Notes: a model not told the origin generated them from the sequence alone. Positions 27,770 through 37,652 are shown, counted from the stretch's first letter. The stretch: 64,000 bases of DNA from Candidatus Sericytochromatia bacterium (GCA_036676985.1 JAKFBU010000056.1:128001-192000), one strand, 5' to 3'. Program-made: numbers and translations.

Positions 27770-30064
27770 TTATTCCTCCCCGAGCCTCCTCCGATGCGCC
27801 TGTTCCAGGAGCTGCTTCCGCTCCGCCGCCGCGATGTGGTGCCTAGCCGTCTCGACGGCATCCGGGTTCACGGAGATCGAGTCGATCCCCCAGTGCACCA
27901 GCTTCTCGGCGTAGTCCGGGTAGACCGAAGGCGCCTGCCCGCAGATGGAGCACGTGAGCCCCACCTCCTGGCAGATCTCGATGATGGAGCGGATGGTCTC
28001 CAGCACGGCCGGATCCCGCTCGTCGTAGAGCTCCCGGCACCGCTCCGAATCCCGGTCCACCCCCAGCACCAGCTGCGTCAGGTCGTTGGACCCGATGGAC
28101 ACCCCCGTGAAGCCGATCCGCTTGTAGTCCGGCAGGTAGTGCACCACCGACGGCACCTCCGCCATCACCCAGCGCTCGAGGTGGCGCATCTTGGCGAGCG
28201 GGCTCTCGTTGATGAGATCCATGCAGGCCTCCGCCTCCCAGAGCGTGCGCACGAACGGGATCATGAGGTGCAGGTTCTCGTGGCCTTCCTGGCGGACCTT
28301 GGCAATCGCCCTCAGCTCCAGCTCGAACAGGTCCGGCTCCTGCACGTAGCGGTAGGCCCCGCGGAACCCGATCATGGGGTTCTCCTCGACGGGCTCGAAC
28401 TCCGCGCCGCCGTCCAGGTGCCGGTACTCGTTGGACCGGAAGTCCGAGGCGCGATAGATCACCGGCCGCCCCTTGAAGTGGCTCGCAAACGTCCTGAGCC
28501 CCTCGGCCAGGCGGTTCACGAAGCTCTCGTCGCCGCACTCCATCACAAAAGCGCGCGGGTGCTGGTTGTCCAGCACGTCCAGGAGCATGAACTCCGCCCG
28601 CAGGAGGCCCACCCCGTCCACGGGCAACGCGGCGACGGACCGTGCCTGGTCGGGCTCGGCGAGGTTGACGTAGAGCCTGGTGGCCGTGGTCTCGACCGCC
28701 GCGGTCGGCGCCGGCTGGGGTGGGCTCGGCAGGCGGGCGGACTGGCCATCCGTCACCCGGCCCTTGAGCACCACGCCGTGGGAGGCGTCGACCGTCACCA
28801 GCTCCCCGTCATGCAGCTTCTCGGTGGCGTCCCGGGTGCCCACGATGCAGGGTAGCCCCATCTCGCGGCTGACGATGGCCGCATGGGACGTCAGGCCGCC
28901 CGCGTCCGTGACGGTGGCCGCGGCGCGCTTCATGAGGGGCACCCAGTCGGGCGAGGTCATGCGCGTCACGAGCACGTCGCCCTCCTCGAGCTTGCCGGCC
29001 TCCGAGACGTCGTGCAGGATGCGCACCCGGCCGAAGGCCACGCCGGGGCTCGCCCCCAGTCCCCGGACCAGGGCCTCGCGGCCGAGCGTCCCCCTGCGTT
29101 CGCTCGATTTTCCGGTGAGCGTCGTGATGGGCCGGCTCTGGACCAGGTAGACCTCGCCGCCCTCGATGGCCCACTCGAGGTCCTGCGGCTGGCCGTAGTG
29201 GTCCTCGGCCCGGACGGCGAGATCGACGAGGCGCTTGAGCTCCTCGCGCGACAGGACGGGGGCCTCGGCCTCCTCGTCCGAGAGCGTGACGCGCTGGTTC
29301 TCGCCCAGCTCCCCGCGCACCAGCTTGAAGTCCTTGAAGCCGATCTCGCGCTCCAGCACCCGTCCCGACACCTTGTCCACCACCAGGTGATCGGGCGTGA
29401 CCTCCCCGCCCACCACCACCTCTCCCAGGCCGAAGGCCGCGTCGAGGACCACCTCGTTGACCCGCTCGGTGGTCGGGTTGACCGTGAAGAGGACGCCGCT
29501 CTTGTCGCTGTCCACCATGCGCTGCACGACCACCGCGATGGCCGGATCCTCCGTGAAGCCCCGCTCCGCCCGGTAGTAGATGGCGCGCGCGCCGTAGAGC
29601 GAGGCCCAGACCTCCCGGAGGCGCTTCAATAGGTCGTCGTCGCCATACACGTTGAGGAAGCTCCGGTTCATGCCCGCGAAGGAGGCCTGGGCCGAGTCCT
29701 CCATGGTGGCCGACGAGCGGACGGCCACGAAGGCGGCCCCCCCGTCCGACAAGGCGTGATAGGCCTCGAGGAGCTCCTGGCACAGGTCCTCCGGGATCGG
29801 CACCTCGAGGACGCGCTTCTGTGCCCGTTCGGCAACGAGGTTCAGCCTAGCGGTGTCCTGGATATCCAGGTCGGCGAGCATGTCGTGCAGGTCCGCGCTG
29901 GCGCCCGCCGCCTCCAGGGCCCGCCGGAAGGCATCCGCCGTGACGACGAAGCCCGGGGGCACCGGCAGCCCCGCCCGGACCAGCTCGCCCAGGTTCGCAC
30001 CCTTGCCCCCGGCGATCGCGGACTCCCCCTTCGCGAGGTCCCGAAACCAGACGATCTCAGGCAT
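27770..30064 (-). CDS. ppsA: phosphoenolpyruvate synthase
   Basis: GGKGANLGEL, VAVRSSAT, TSHAAIVSRE phospho-His, ENPMIGFRG, SIGSNDLTQ. Confidence 0.95.
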   Translation of the reverse strand: MPEIVWFRDLAKGESAIAGGKGANLGELVRAGLPVPPGFVVTADAFRRALEAAGASADLHDMLADLDIQDTARLNLVAERAQKRVLEVPIPEDLCQELLEAYHALSDGGAAFVAVRSSATMEDSAQASFAGMNRSFLNVYGDDDLLKRLREVWASLYGARAIYYRAERGFTEDPAIAVVVQRMVDSDKSGVLFTVNPTTERVNEVVLDAAFGLGEVVVGGEVTPDHLVVDKVSGRVLEREIGFKDFKLVRGELGENQRVTLSDEEAEAPVLSREELKRLVDLAVRAEDHYGQPQDLEWAIEGGEVYLVQSRPITTLTGKSSERRGTLGREALVRGLGASPGVAFGRVRILHDVSEAGKLEEGDVLVTRMTSPDWVPLMKRAAATVTDAGGLTSHAAIVSREMGLPCIVGTRDATEKLHDGELVTVDASHGVVLKGRVTDGQSARLPSPPQPAPTAAVETTATRLYVNLAEPDQARSVAALPVDGVGLLRAEFMLLDVLDNQHPRAFVMECGDESFVNRLAEGLRTFASHFKGRPVIYRASDFRSNEYRHLDGGAEFEPVEENPMIGFRGAYRYVQEPDLFELELRAIAKVRQEGHENLHLMIPFVRTLWEAEACMDLINESPLAKMRHLERWVMAEVPSVVHYLPDYKRIGFTGVSIGSNDLTQLVLGVDRDSERCRELYDERDPAVLETIRSIIEICQEVGLTCSICGQAPSVYPDYAEKLVHWGIDSISVNPDAVETARHHIAAAERKQLLEQAHRRRLGEE

Positions 30065-30268
30065 GGCGGCCCTCCTCCCCCTTCGTTCCTGCCGCCCATG
30101 CTAAGGCCCCGGCGATCGCGGCTCAACGCACGGCCGAACCTCCCGCGGCCCCAAGGGCTCCTCGATGCTTGCTTATGGTGAGATCCGGGATTATAGTAGT
30201 CCGGTTTAGGACGCCCCGTGGGGCGGACGGTCGTTCGTAACCAAGTTTTGTAACCGTCCGATCCCCAG

Positions 30269-30700
30269 ATGATAGATGGAACGATGATTTTAATTATCGG
30301 CTGCGGCCGTCTCGGCGCCAGCCTTGCAATTCGCCTAACGAGCGCGGGCTACCAGGTGGTGGTGGTCGACCACCTGCGGGAGAATTTCCAAAACAACCTG
30401 CCGCGAGACTTCAATGGCAAGACGGTCGTGGGCATGGAGATCGACGCCAACGTCCTCAAGCGGGCCGGCATCGAGCGCGCCTCGGCCGTCGTGTGCGTCT
30501 CCCGCGACGAGAACACCAACATGATGGCCGCCGACGTGGCCCGCCTGCAGTTCGGCGTCGAGAACGTCACCGTGCGCATCGACCAGCCGTCGCTCGTCGA
30601 GGCCTACCGCTCCAAGGGGTATGACGTCATCAGCCCGGTCATCGAGGCGACCAACGCCCTCGAGGCGGCCCTGCGCGCTCAGAAGGGCGAGGTGCTCTAG
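30269..30700 (+). CDS. TrkA-N (RCK_N) domain protein
   Basis: IIGCGRLG, LKRAGIERA; RCK_N only. Confidence 0.88.
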   Translation: MIDGTMILIIGCGRLGASLAIRLTSAGYQVVVVDHLRENFQNNLPRDFNGKTVVGMEIDANVLKRAGIERASAVVCVSRDENTNMMAADVARLQFGVENVTVRIDQPSLVEAYRSKGYDVISPVIEATNALEAALRAQKGEVL

Positions 30701-31357
30701 ATGTACGTCCTCATCGCAGGCGGCGGCAAGATCGGCCTGCATCTGATCCGCACCCTCCTGGCCCAGGGCCACGAAGTGGCCCTCATCGAGCGCGACCAGC
30801 GGGTCTGCTCCATGGTGGTCGACGAGTTCGAGGAGGTGGTCGTGCTGGCGGGCGACGCCACCAACCCCGAGCTCCTCAAGCGGGCTGACATCAGCCGGGT
30901 GGACGTCGTGGTGGCCGTGGCCGGCCGCGACCAGGACAACTACGTCCTCTGCAAGATGGCCAAGGACCTCTACGGGGTCAACCGCACGCTCGCGCGCGTC
31001 AACGACCCCCGCAACCAGGACCTCTTCAAGCTCGCGGGCGTCGACTTCATCATCAGCGTCACGTCCATGGTCACGCGGGCCATCGAGTACGAGATCGTCC
31101 CGCACCACATCGCCACCCTCTTCACCTGGCACGGCCGCATGGCCATGCTCGAGCTGGTCATTCCCGAGACCTCTCCGGTGATCGGCATTCCGCTCCGCAA
31201 GCTGGATCTGCCGGAAGGCGCCATCCTCTCGGCCATCTGGCGGGACAACCAGGCGCTCATTCCGACGGGCGAGACCGCGCTCCAGCCCGCCGACGAAGTG
31301 TTCGCCATGACGCTCCAGGGCCGTGAGGACCAGCTGCGTCAGACGCTGATCGGCTAG
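30701..31357 (+). CDS. trkA: TrkA family potassium uptake regulatory protein (RCK_N + RCK_C)
   Basis: IAGGGKIG, GDAT, ARVNDPRN, C-terminal IPTGET. Confidence 0.88.
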   Translation: MYVLIAGGGKIGLHLIRTLLAQGHEVALIERDQRVCSMVVDEFEEVVVLAGDATNPELLKRADISRVDVVVAVAGRDQDNYVLCKMAKDLYGVNRTLARVNDPRNQDLFKLAGVDFIISVTSMVTRAIEYEIVPHHIATLFTWHGRMAMLELVIPETSPVIGIPLRKLDLPEGAILSAIWRDNQALIPTGETALQPADEVFAMTLQGREDQLRQTLIG

Positions 31358-31359
31358 CC

Positions 31360-33285
31360 ATGAGCGTCGAAACCGAACCGGGCAAGACCGCCCCGCTGCC
31401 CGCAACCCACTCTCAGCTCGGCTGGTACCTGGCGGCCGGCATCGTGGGGGCCGACATCGGCACCTCGGTGTTCTACAGCACGGGCATCATCATGCCGCAC
31501 GTGGGCTTCGCGGCTCCGCTGTTCGTTCTCCTGGTGGTGCTTGCGCTCTGGCTCTTCAAGGCCACGTACCAGGAAGGTACCTCCGTGAGCCCGCTCAACG
31601 GCGGCGCCTACACCATGGTGCTGCAGACCGTCGGTCGCCGGGCGGCCCTGGTGGTCGGCAGCCTGACGATCCTCTCCTACCTGGCGACGGCCGTCGTGAG
31701 CGCCCTTTCCGGGTCCCTGTACCTTTCGTCCCTCTGGCCCGAGTCGCCCTGGCCCCTGTGGCAGATCGCCCTGGTGGCCGCGGTGCCCATCGTGGGCTTC
31801 GCCATGCTCAACCTGTTCGGCCTCAAGGAATCTGCGAAGCTGGTGTTCGCCATCTCGGCCTTCCACTTCGCCATGCTCCTGGTTATGGACGTCTGGGGGC
31901 TGTACGTGGCCCTGACCCAGGGGGCCCACTGGGAGCGCCTCGCGACGGGCATCGGCACCATTACCCCCATGGGGGCGCTGTTGGGCCTCGCGACGGCCTT
32001 TCTCGGCATCACGGGCTTCGAGTCCGCGGCCCAGATCGTCGAGGAGCTGGAATCGCCCGCGTGGCGGTCGATCCAGAAGGTGTACCTCGCGATCGTCCTG
32101 CTCGTCACCTTCACCTCGCCCATCACCTCCATGCTCTGCATCGTGATGCTGAGCGACGCCCAGCTCGTTACCTACAAGGACAACCTTCTCTCGGGCCTGG
32201 CCTACGTACTGGGCGGCCAGCCCCTCCTGGTCCTGCTGGTCATGAACGCCATGCTGACCCTATTCGCGGCCGTCAATACGGCCTTTGCGGGGGCCACGGG
32301 TCTCATGACGACGATGGGCAAGCAGGGGAACCTGCCGCCCATCGTCCTGCACCAGTGGACCAAGAAGATCCAGTCCTTCAAGGGCTACCCCTATGTGGCC
32401 CTGCCCTTCATGGCGCTCTCGACCCTGATGCTGGTGGCCCTGCCGGGTGCCGTCAACCAGCTCGGCGAGGTCTACGGCATGGCCTTCCTGGGTGTCATGG
32501 TGAGCTACAGCGTGGGCGTCATCCTGCTGAGGCTCTACCAGCCGCACAAGATCGCACGATCGCCCTACCTGGCAAAGTCCATCAAGCTCATCGGGAAGGA
32601 CATCCCGATAGCGGCCCTTGTGGGCGGCGTGCTGCTGTTCGTCGCCTGGGGGACCCTGGTCCTGACGGCCCAGCATGCCCGGGACCTGGGCGTCCAGCTC
32701 TTCCTGGCCGTCTTGCTGGTCATGGTCTTCTACCGGCTCGGCCAGGTCGAAGGCCGCATGGTCAAGATCCCCGACCTGAGGCTGGGTCTCGGCCGGTTCC
32801 GCGACCAGGAGGTGCTCCCCGAGTCCCTGCCCGTCTACGTCGTCTGCACCTCGGGGGCGCATGCGGCGCGGCTCGTCACCATCATCAGTTACCTGCTCAA
32901 GAAGCATGGCCCGGATCCGGTCGAGATCGTGCTCTTCCATGCGGAAGAGAAGGACGCGCATGGGGTGGTCTCCGAGGCCCTGCAGCGGCTGGTGAGCCAG
33001 CAGCTCGAGGACTTCTTCTCGGATCGCGACTTCATCCTGACCGTCAAGGTGCTCCCGGGCTCGCTCGTGGAGGTCTTGCCCGAGTACAAGAAGGTGAAGT
33101 CCATCGACACGGTCTACATCATGACCGGCCGCATCGCCGAGCGCAGCGCCAACCTGACCAACCACCTGGCCAACGAGCTCGGCTTGACGGTCATCCTGCT
33201 CGACGAGCGCGCCCTCCCCAAGGGCCCGGGCGCCTGGTTCCAGCAGTGGGTCGAAGGCTTCCGCCGCCGGAGCCGCGAGGACTGA
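31360..33285 (+). CDS. APC-superfamily transporter (KUP/KimA-like K+ transporter) with a cytoplasmic C-terminal domain
   Basis: About 12 TM helices; GIVGADIGTSVFY resembles KUP GDIGTSPLY; GGAY; TGFES. Confidence 0.78.
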   Translation: MSVETEPGKTAPLPATHSQLGWYLAAGIVGADIGTSVFYSTGIIMPHVGFAAPLFVLLVVLALWLFKATYQEGTSVSPLNGGAYTMVLQTVGRRAALVVGSLTILSYLATAVVSALSGSLYLSSLWPESPWPLWQIALVAAVPIVGFAMLNLFGLKESAKLVFAISAFHFAMLLVMDVWGLYVALTQGAHWERLATGIGTITPMGALLGLATAFLGITGFESAAQIVEELESPAWRSIQKVYLAIVLLVTFTSPITSMLCIVMLSDAQLVTYKDNLLSGLAYVLGGQPLLVLLVMNAMLTLFAAVNTAFAGATGLMTTMGKQGNLPPIVLHQWTKKIQSFKGYPYVALPFMALSTLMLVALPGAVNQLGEVYGMAFLGVMVSYSVGVILLRLYQPHKIARSPYLAKSIKLIGKDIPIAALVGGVLLFVAWGTLVLTAQHARDLGVQLFLAVLLVMVFYRLGQVEGRMVKIPDLRLGLGRFRDQEVLPESLPVYVVCTSGAHAARLVTIISYLLKKHGPDPVEIVLFHAEEKDAHGVVSEALQRLVSQQLEDFFSDRDFILTVKVLPGSLVEVLPEYKKVKSIDTVYIMTGRIAERSANLTNHLANELGLTVILLDERALPKGPGAWFQQWVEGFRRRSRED

Positions 33286-33297
33286 TTACCTACACAC

Positions 33298-33334
33298 AGC
33301 AACCCACCCCGAGGGGTGGGTTGCTCTCTTTTTT
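33298..33334 (+). terminator. Rho-independent terminator
   Basis: AGCAACCCACCCC-GA-GGGGTGGGTTGCT then CTCTTTTTT. Confidence 0.8.
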
Positions 33335-33376
33335 GGAACCGTTCGTCCTGAGGCTCTCGAAGGAACGAACGGTTCC
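33335..33376. repeat. REP-like palindromic repeat, family A
   Basis: GGAACCGTTCGT-CCTGAGGCTCTCGAAGGA-ACGAACGGTTCC. Confidence 0.7.
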
Positions 33377-34027
33377 TTATCCCACCAGCTTCCGGAAGAT
33401 CCAGTACGAGTACCCCACCGACCATCCCGTGAACGCCAGCACCGCAGCCAGGAACACCCAGAGCTGCCACTCCGGCGGCAAGAGGATGATGGCGAAGCAC
33501 AACAGCCCGAGCGCCACCATCAGCCGCCCGGCCAAGCGGTGCGTGCGGTACCACACCTCGTCGTTCGAGAGCGTCCAGGGCGTCCGGACGCCCACGAAGA
33601 AGTTGGATCGCACCGTCGGCATGTAGTTGCCGAGCACCACGAACAGCAGCCCCATGCCCACCATCAGCGACGACAACGAGATCTTTTGCCCCGGGTGCAG
33701 CGCCGCCGAGAGCGACAAATGCGTCAGCAGCACGAAGAACGCCAACAGGGTGCTCTTGATGACAGGATATATGCGCATGATGCTCTGCCAGTGAGCCGAT
33801 CGGGGATCGATCCAAGGGATCACCGTCATGAGCAGGTACAGCCCCGTGGCCACCAGCGGCCCGATGAGGGCTCCCGGGACCCTGGGCATCCATTGATCGG
33901 GCGCTCCGCCCGGCCCCCAGTGGGTCGGGATCGGGTCGGGGAGCTGCGGCCAGTAGTACGCCAGGATCGCCCAGCAGGAGGCCAGCAGCAGCAGCGGCAG
34001 GGCTTCACGTTTGAGCGTCAGACGCAT
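33377..34027 (-). CDS. SdpI family immunity protein (DUF1648 + SdpI)
   Basis: LPDPIPTHW, GNYMP, NFFVGVRTPWTL, WYRTHRLAG. Confidence 0.92.
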   Translation of the reverse strand: MRLTLKREALPLLLLASCWAILAYYWPQLPDPIPTHWGPGGAPDQWMPRVPGALIGPLVATGLYLLMTVIPWIDPRSAHWQSIMRIYPVIKSTLLAFFVLLTHLSLSAALHPGQKISLSSLMVGMGLLFVVLGNYMPTVRSNFFVGVRTPWTLSNDEVWYRTHRLAGRLMVALGLLCFAIILLPPEWQLWVFLAAVLAFTGWSVGYSYWIFRKLVG

Positions 34028-34295
34028 GGTCTTTTCCTTTCCAGAGGTCCAGCACGGTGGCCACGAACTCCTCGAACACCGTCATGTTCAGGTGGTAGGT
34101 GATGGTCGTCCCGTCGCGCTCGCCGTAGACGAGATCCGCCTCCTTGAGCTGGTTGAGGTGATGCGAGATCGACGGCTTCGAGATGTCGAAGTGATCGGCG
34201 ATCTCCCCGGCCGTGAGCGGGCGCTCTCGCAGCAAGGTCAGGATCTGGCGCCGGGTGGGGTCCGCGACGGCTTTGAAGACCTCGTTGAGCGGCAT
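34005..34295 (-). CDS. ArsR/SdpR family autorepressor
   Basis: FKAVADPTRRQIL, AGEIADHF, KPSISHHL, YHLNMTVF. Confidence 0.9.
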   Translation of the reverse strand: MPLNEVFKAVADPTRRQILTLLRERPLTAGEIADHFDISKPSISHHLNQLKEADLVYGERDGTTITYHLNMTVFEEFVATVLDLWKGKDHASDAQT

Positions 34296-34303
34296 ACGGC
34301 CTC

Positions 34304-35125
34304 CTACATCCGGGCGATCAACTCGCTGCGCGAAAACTTCCGCACGGCGAGCTGGATGACGCCCAGCGCCAACAGCCAGAAGAGCGCCCCCACGATGAGG
34401 GCCATCGAGACCCCCAGGTACAGCACCCCCGAAGCCTGCCCGGCGATGAGGGCCACCACCAGGATCACGAGGATCCCGCCGAGCTGGTTGGCCTCCATGA
34501 AGGTGCTGACCTTGGACGAGACGAGCACCGACACGGCCATCCCCAGCGTCGCGACCGCCGGAGTCACCCAGAAGATGAGCGGCCACCACTGGGGCGTCGG
34601 GAACCAGATGCGCTGCATCAGGGGCCACGAGACGCCGTTGACGACGCCGATGTACAGGATGAAGCTCAGCCAGGAAAGCGTCAAGGCAGGCACCACCGCG
34701 GCGATCGTCTTGCCGACGAGCAGCTCCCGGTCAGTCGCCGGGGTGTAGAGCAAGGCCTCGAGGGTCTTTCGCTCCTTTTCCCCCGCGAAGGAATCGGCCC
34801 CGATGATGCTCGCGAGCATCATGGGCAGCACCAGGAACATGGGGGCCATCATGTAGCCCACCATCACCCAGACCATCAGCTGCCGAGGCGATAGGCCGGC
34901 CAGTTCGGCGGCGAGCGATTTCGGGAGGAAGCGCTGGATCGTCGCCAGAGAGTCCGCGAGCTTGGCCTCGGGCAACGGCGCGTAGCCCATCATGAAGATG
35001 AGGAAGGCCGGCAACGCCACGATGAAGATCAGGGGAACGATGACCGACGGGACGAGGACCGCCCGGTTCCGGCTCACCTCGAGCAGATCCTTGCGGGCCA
35101 CGGTTCGAACGATACGCCAGTTCAT
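34304..35125 (-). CDS. ABC-2 type transporter permease
   Basis: SFAGEKERKTLEALLYTP; multiple TM helices. Confidence 0.9.
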   Translation of the reverse strand: MNWRIVRTVARKDLLEVSRNRAVLVPSVIVPLIFIVALPAFLIFMMGYAPLPEAKLADSLATIQRFLPKSLAAELAGLSPRQLMVWVMVGYMMAPMFLVLPMMLASIIGADSFAGEKERKTLEALLYTPATDRELLVGKTIAAVVPALTLSWLSFILYIGVVNGVSWPLMQRIWFPTPQWWPLIFWVTPAVATLGMAVSVLVSSKVSTFMEANQLGGILVILVVALIAGQASGVLYLGVSMALIVGALFWLLALGVIQLAVRKFSRSELIARM

Positions 35126-36066
35126 GCCAGCACCTCCTCGCGCTGTTGCAGGGTGAAGTAGATCTCGGAAAGCGAGGCCTCCTTGGGCATCACGCGGTGG
35201 ATGGGCGCCCCTTCGGCCACCAAGAGGGCCACGACCTCCGGGATCCGGTGCTCGGCGTCGAGCTGCACGTCGAACCGGGTATCCGCCACCCGCACCGACC
35301 GCACGCCGGTGAGGGATTCGAGCCGGCGCACCACGCGCTCGTCGCAGGGGTTCAAGACGTCCACTTCGACCGAATGGCCGGTGCCCAGGCGCTTGGCGAG
35401 CTCGGCCCGGCTGCCGACCGCGAGCAGCCGCCCCCGGTTGAAGAGCGCCACGCGATCGCACAGCCGCTCGGCCTGAGCGAGGTTGTGCGTGGCGAGAAAG
35501 ACCGTACGGCCCTCCTCGCGCGCCAGGGTGGCGATGAGATCGCTCACGGCCTCCGACGACTCCGGATCGAGGCCCGAGGTGGGCTCGTCCAGGAAGAGCA
35601 GGGCCGGGTCGTGGACGAGGGCGCGGGCGATCGCGAGCCGCTGCTTCATGCCCTTGCTGTAGGTGCCCGCCCGGTCGTCGGCGCGGTCCGAAAGACCGAG
35701 AATGGCGAGGGTCCGTTCCACCCGCTGCGCGAGCTCCGCCTCGGGCACGCCGTACATGGCGCCGAACAACAGGAGGTTCTCGCGAGCGCTCAGGCGCTCC
35801 GAGAGGGAGGGCGTCTCGGTGAGGACGCCCGTGCGGCTCCGCACCTCGGTCCCCTGGGTGGCCGGGTCGAAGCCCAGCACGCGGGCGGATCCCGACGTGG
35901 GGCTCAGGATCCCGTTGAGGAGGCGCACCGTCGTGGTCTTGCCCGCGCCGTTGGGGCCGAGCACCCCGAACACCTCACCCTCCTCCACCGTGAAGGTCAG
36001 CCCGTCGACCGCCTTGAAGGTGCCGAAGACGCGGGTCAAGCCCTGTGAATCGATGGCGAATCCCAT
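35122..36066 (-). CDS. ABC transporter ATP-binding protein
   Basis: GPNGAGKTT, YSKGMKQR, LFLDEPT. Confidence 0.95.
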   Translation of the reverse strand: MGFAIDSQGLTRVFGTFKAVDGLTFTVEEGEVFGVLGPNGAGKTTTVRLLNGILSPTSGSARVLGFDPATQGTEVRSRTGVLTETPSLSERLSARENLLLFGAMYGVPEAELAQRVERTLAILGLSDRADDRAGTYSKGMKQRLAIARALVHDPALLFLDEPTSGLDPESSEAVSDLIATLAREEGRTVFLATHNLAQAERLCDRVALFNRGRLLAVGSRAELAKRLGTGHSVEVDVLNPCDERVVRRLESLTGVRSVRVADTRFDVQLDAEHRIPEVVALLVAEGAPIHRVMPKEASLSEIYFTLQQREEVLA

Positions 36067-36076
36067 GGGTCCCTCC

Positions 36077-36946
36077 TTAGACGAGCGCGGCCGGGACGAC
36101 CCCGTCGAAGCGGCGGCGGACGACGAGCACGGCGACGATGACGGCGAGCAAGGCGAGGCCGACGAGGCCCACGGGCCCCGCGAGTAGCGGGTTCACGCTC
36201 GCCACGAGGAAGGTGGCGACGTAGGCATTGCCCTGATTGATCAGCCCGTGGGCGACGCTGACCACCCAGACGCTGCCCGAGGCGTAGAAGAGCCACGCGA
36301 GCACGGCCCCCATGAGCACGCAGAAGGCCGTCATCCAGAAGATGCCCGCGACCGGGTAGCCGGGATAGTTGTGGCCCATGGCGATGATGGGCGCGTGCCA
36401 GAGGCCCCAGATGACGCCGTGCAGGACGATGGCCTTGGCCGTGCCGAGCTCCATGAGCTTGGGCAGAAGGTAGGCCCGCCAGCCGTACTCCTCGCCGAAG
36501 TACGCGGGCAAGCCCAGGAGCGCCCCGACGATGGCCGTCTGGACGAACATGCCCACCAGGAAGGCGGGCATGGCGATCTCGACGGGCTTGCCGGTCTTCT
36601 CGGCGATCATGTCGAGGAAGGCCTGCGCCTTGTGGAACTGCGTGTCCAGCTGCAGCCAGGGGGTCGCCGCCGACAGCAGGTACGAGGCCGCGAGCCACCC
36701 GAGGATGAGCGCCGCTCCGATGACGTAGTAGCGCTTGCGGCCGAGCCCCAGCCCGCTGCCCCGAAAGCCCTCCTTGGAGACCCATTTGCGGAAGACGATG
36801 GCCACCGCCGCGGGGATCAGCATCTGGAGGCCGACCAACACCGCGAAGAGCTGCGGATTCCGGAGGCCGCCCTGCATGAAGACGACCGCGTCGAGGACGT
36901 ACGTGAGGAGGAAGACGACTCCGACGTACCAGAGGGCGTGGCGCAT
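36077..36946 (-). CDS. CPBP (CAAX/Abi) family intramembrane metalloprotease
   Basis: GEEYGWR, WGLWHAP, AHGLIN. Confidence 0.92.
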   Translation of the reverse strand: MRHALWYVGVVFLLTYVLDAVVFMQGGLRNPQLFAVLVGLQMLIPAAVAIVFRKWVSKEGFRGSGLGLGRKRYYVIGAALILGWLAASYLLSAATPWLQLDTQFHKAQAFLDMIAEKTGKPVEIAMPAFLVGMFVQTAIVGALLGLPAYFGEEYGWRAYLLPKLMELGTAKAIVLHGVIWGLWHAPIIAMGHNYPGYPVAGIFWMTAFCVLMGAVLAWLFYASGSVWVVSVAHGLINQGNAYVATFLVASVNPLLAGPVGLVGLALLAVIVAVLVVRRRFDGVVPAALV

Positions 36947-36976
36947 ACCGGGCTCCTTTGTTTGAGTAGTGAATAA

Positions 36977-37008
36977 TTAGAACATTGACTAATTAGATAT
37001 TACCCTAA
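36977..37008. promoter_or_regulatory. tandem palindromic operator, probably for the SdpR-like repressor
   Basis: TTAG-N8-CTAA twice in tandem (TTAGAACATTGACTAA TTAGATATTACCCTAA) in an AT-rich patch upstream of the operon. Confidence 0.65.
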
Positions 37009-37077
37009 AAAGCATGAAACGCAACCCCCGTGAGCCCTTGACCTGTAGTCGACTGCCCGTGTGCACCGCACGGCACG

Positions 37078-37110
37078 AAAAAAGCCCGGGCCGTCGGTGA
37101 CGGCCCGGGC
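37078..37110 (-). terminator. Rho-independent terminator
   Basis: GCCCGGGCCGTC-GGT-GACGGCCCGGGC preceded by an A-run (U-tract on the minus strand). Confidence 0.75.
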
Positions 37111-37133
37111 GCAAAGCGGAGGCTTGGCGGAGG

Positions 37134-37652
37134 CTAGAGGTCCTCGAGCAGGGTGTCGTAGGCGCTCTGGACGCCGCGCAGCGTCGCGAGGGCATGTTGG
37201 CGCATGGCCTCCACGGCGGGATCGGTGGAGGGGACCAGGGCCTCCAAGGGCTCGAGGGCACGCTGGTCACCGATGCGCGCCAGCGCCTCCAGGGCGCCGA
37301 GCTGCATGGAGGGGCTGCCCTGCAGGGCGATGAGCAGGAGCTCCACCGAGTCGTCGGAGTCGATCTTGGCGACGGCCTCGGCCGCGTAGGTCCGGAGCTC
37401 GTCGTCCTTGGACTGCAGGGCCATCAGGAGGGGCTGGAGGGCGCTCGGGTGGCCCAGGTTGCCGAGTCCGATGGCCGCGCTGCGCTTGACCTGCAGATCC
37501 TCGTCGAAGGCGAGGGTGGACATGAGGTACTCGACCACCATGGGGTTGCCGGAGAGGCCCAGCACGGTCGCCGCCTGCGAGCGGACCGCCGGGTCCTCGT
37601 CCCGCAGGTCGAAGATGATGGGATCCAGCGAGATGTCGTCGGTCGCGCTCAC
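37134..37652 (-). CDS. HEAT repeat protein
   Basis: VRSQAATVLG, VKRSAAIGLGNLG, ALEPL repeats. Confidence 0.85.
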   Translation of the reverse strand: MSATDDISLDPIIFDLRDEDPAVRSQAATVLGLSGNPMVVEYLMSTLAFDEDLQVKRSAAIGLGNLGHPSALQPLLMALQSKDDELRTYAAEAVAKIDSDDSVELLLIALQGSPSMQLGALEALARIGDQRALEPLEALVPSTDPAVEAMRQHALATLRGVQSAYDTLLEDL

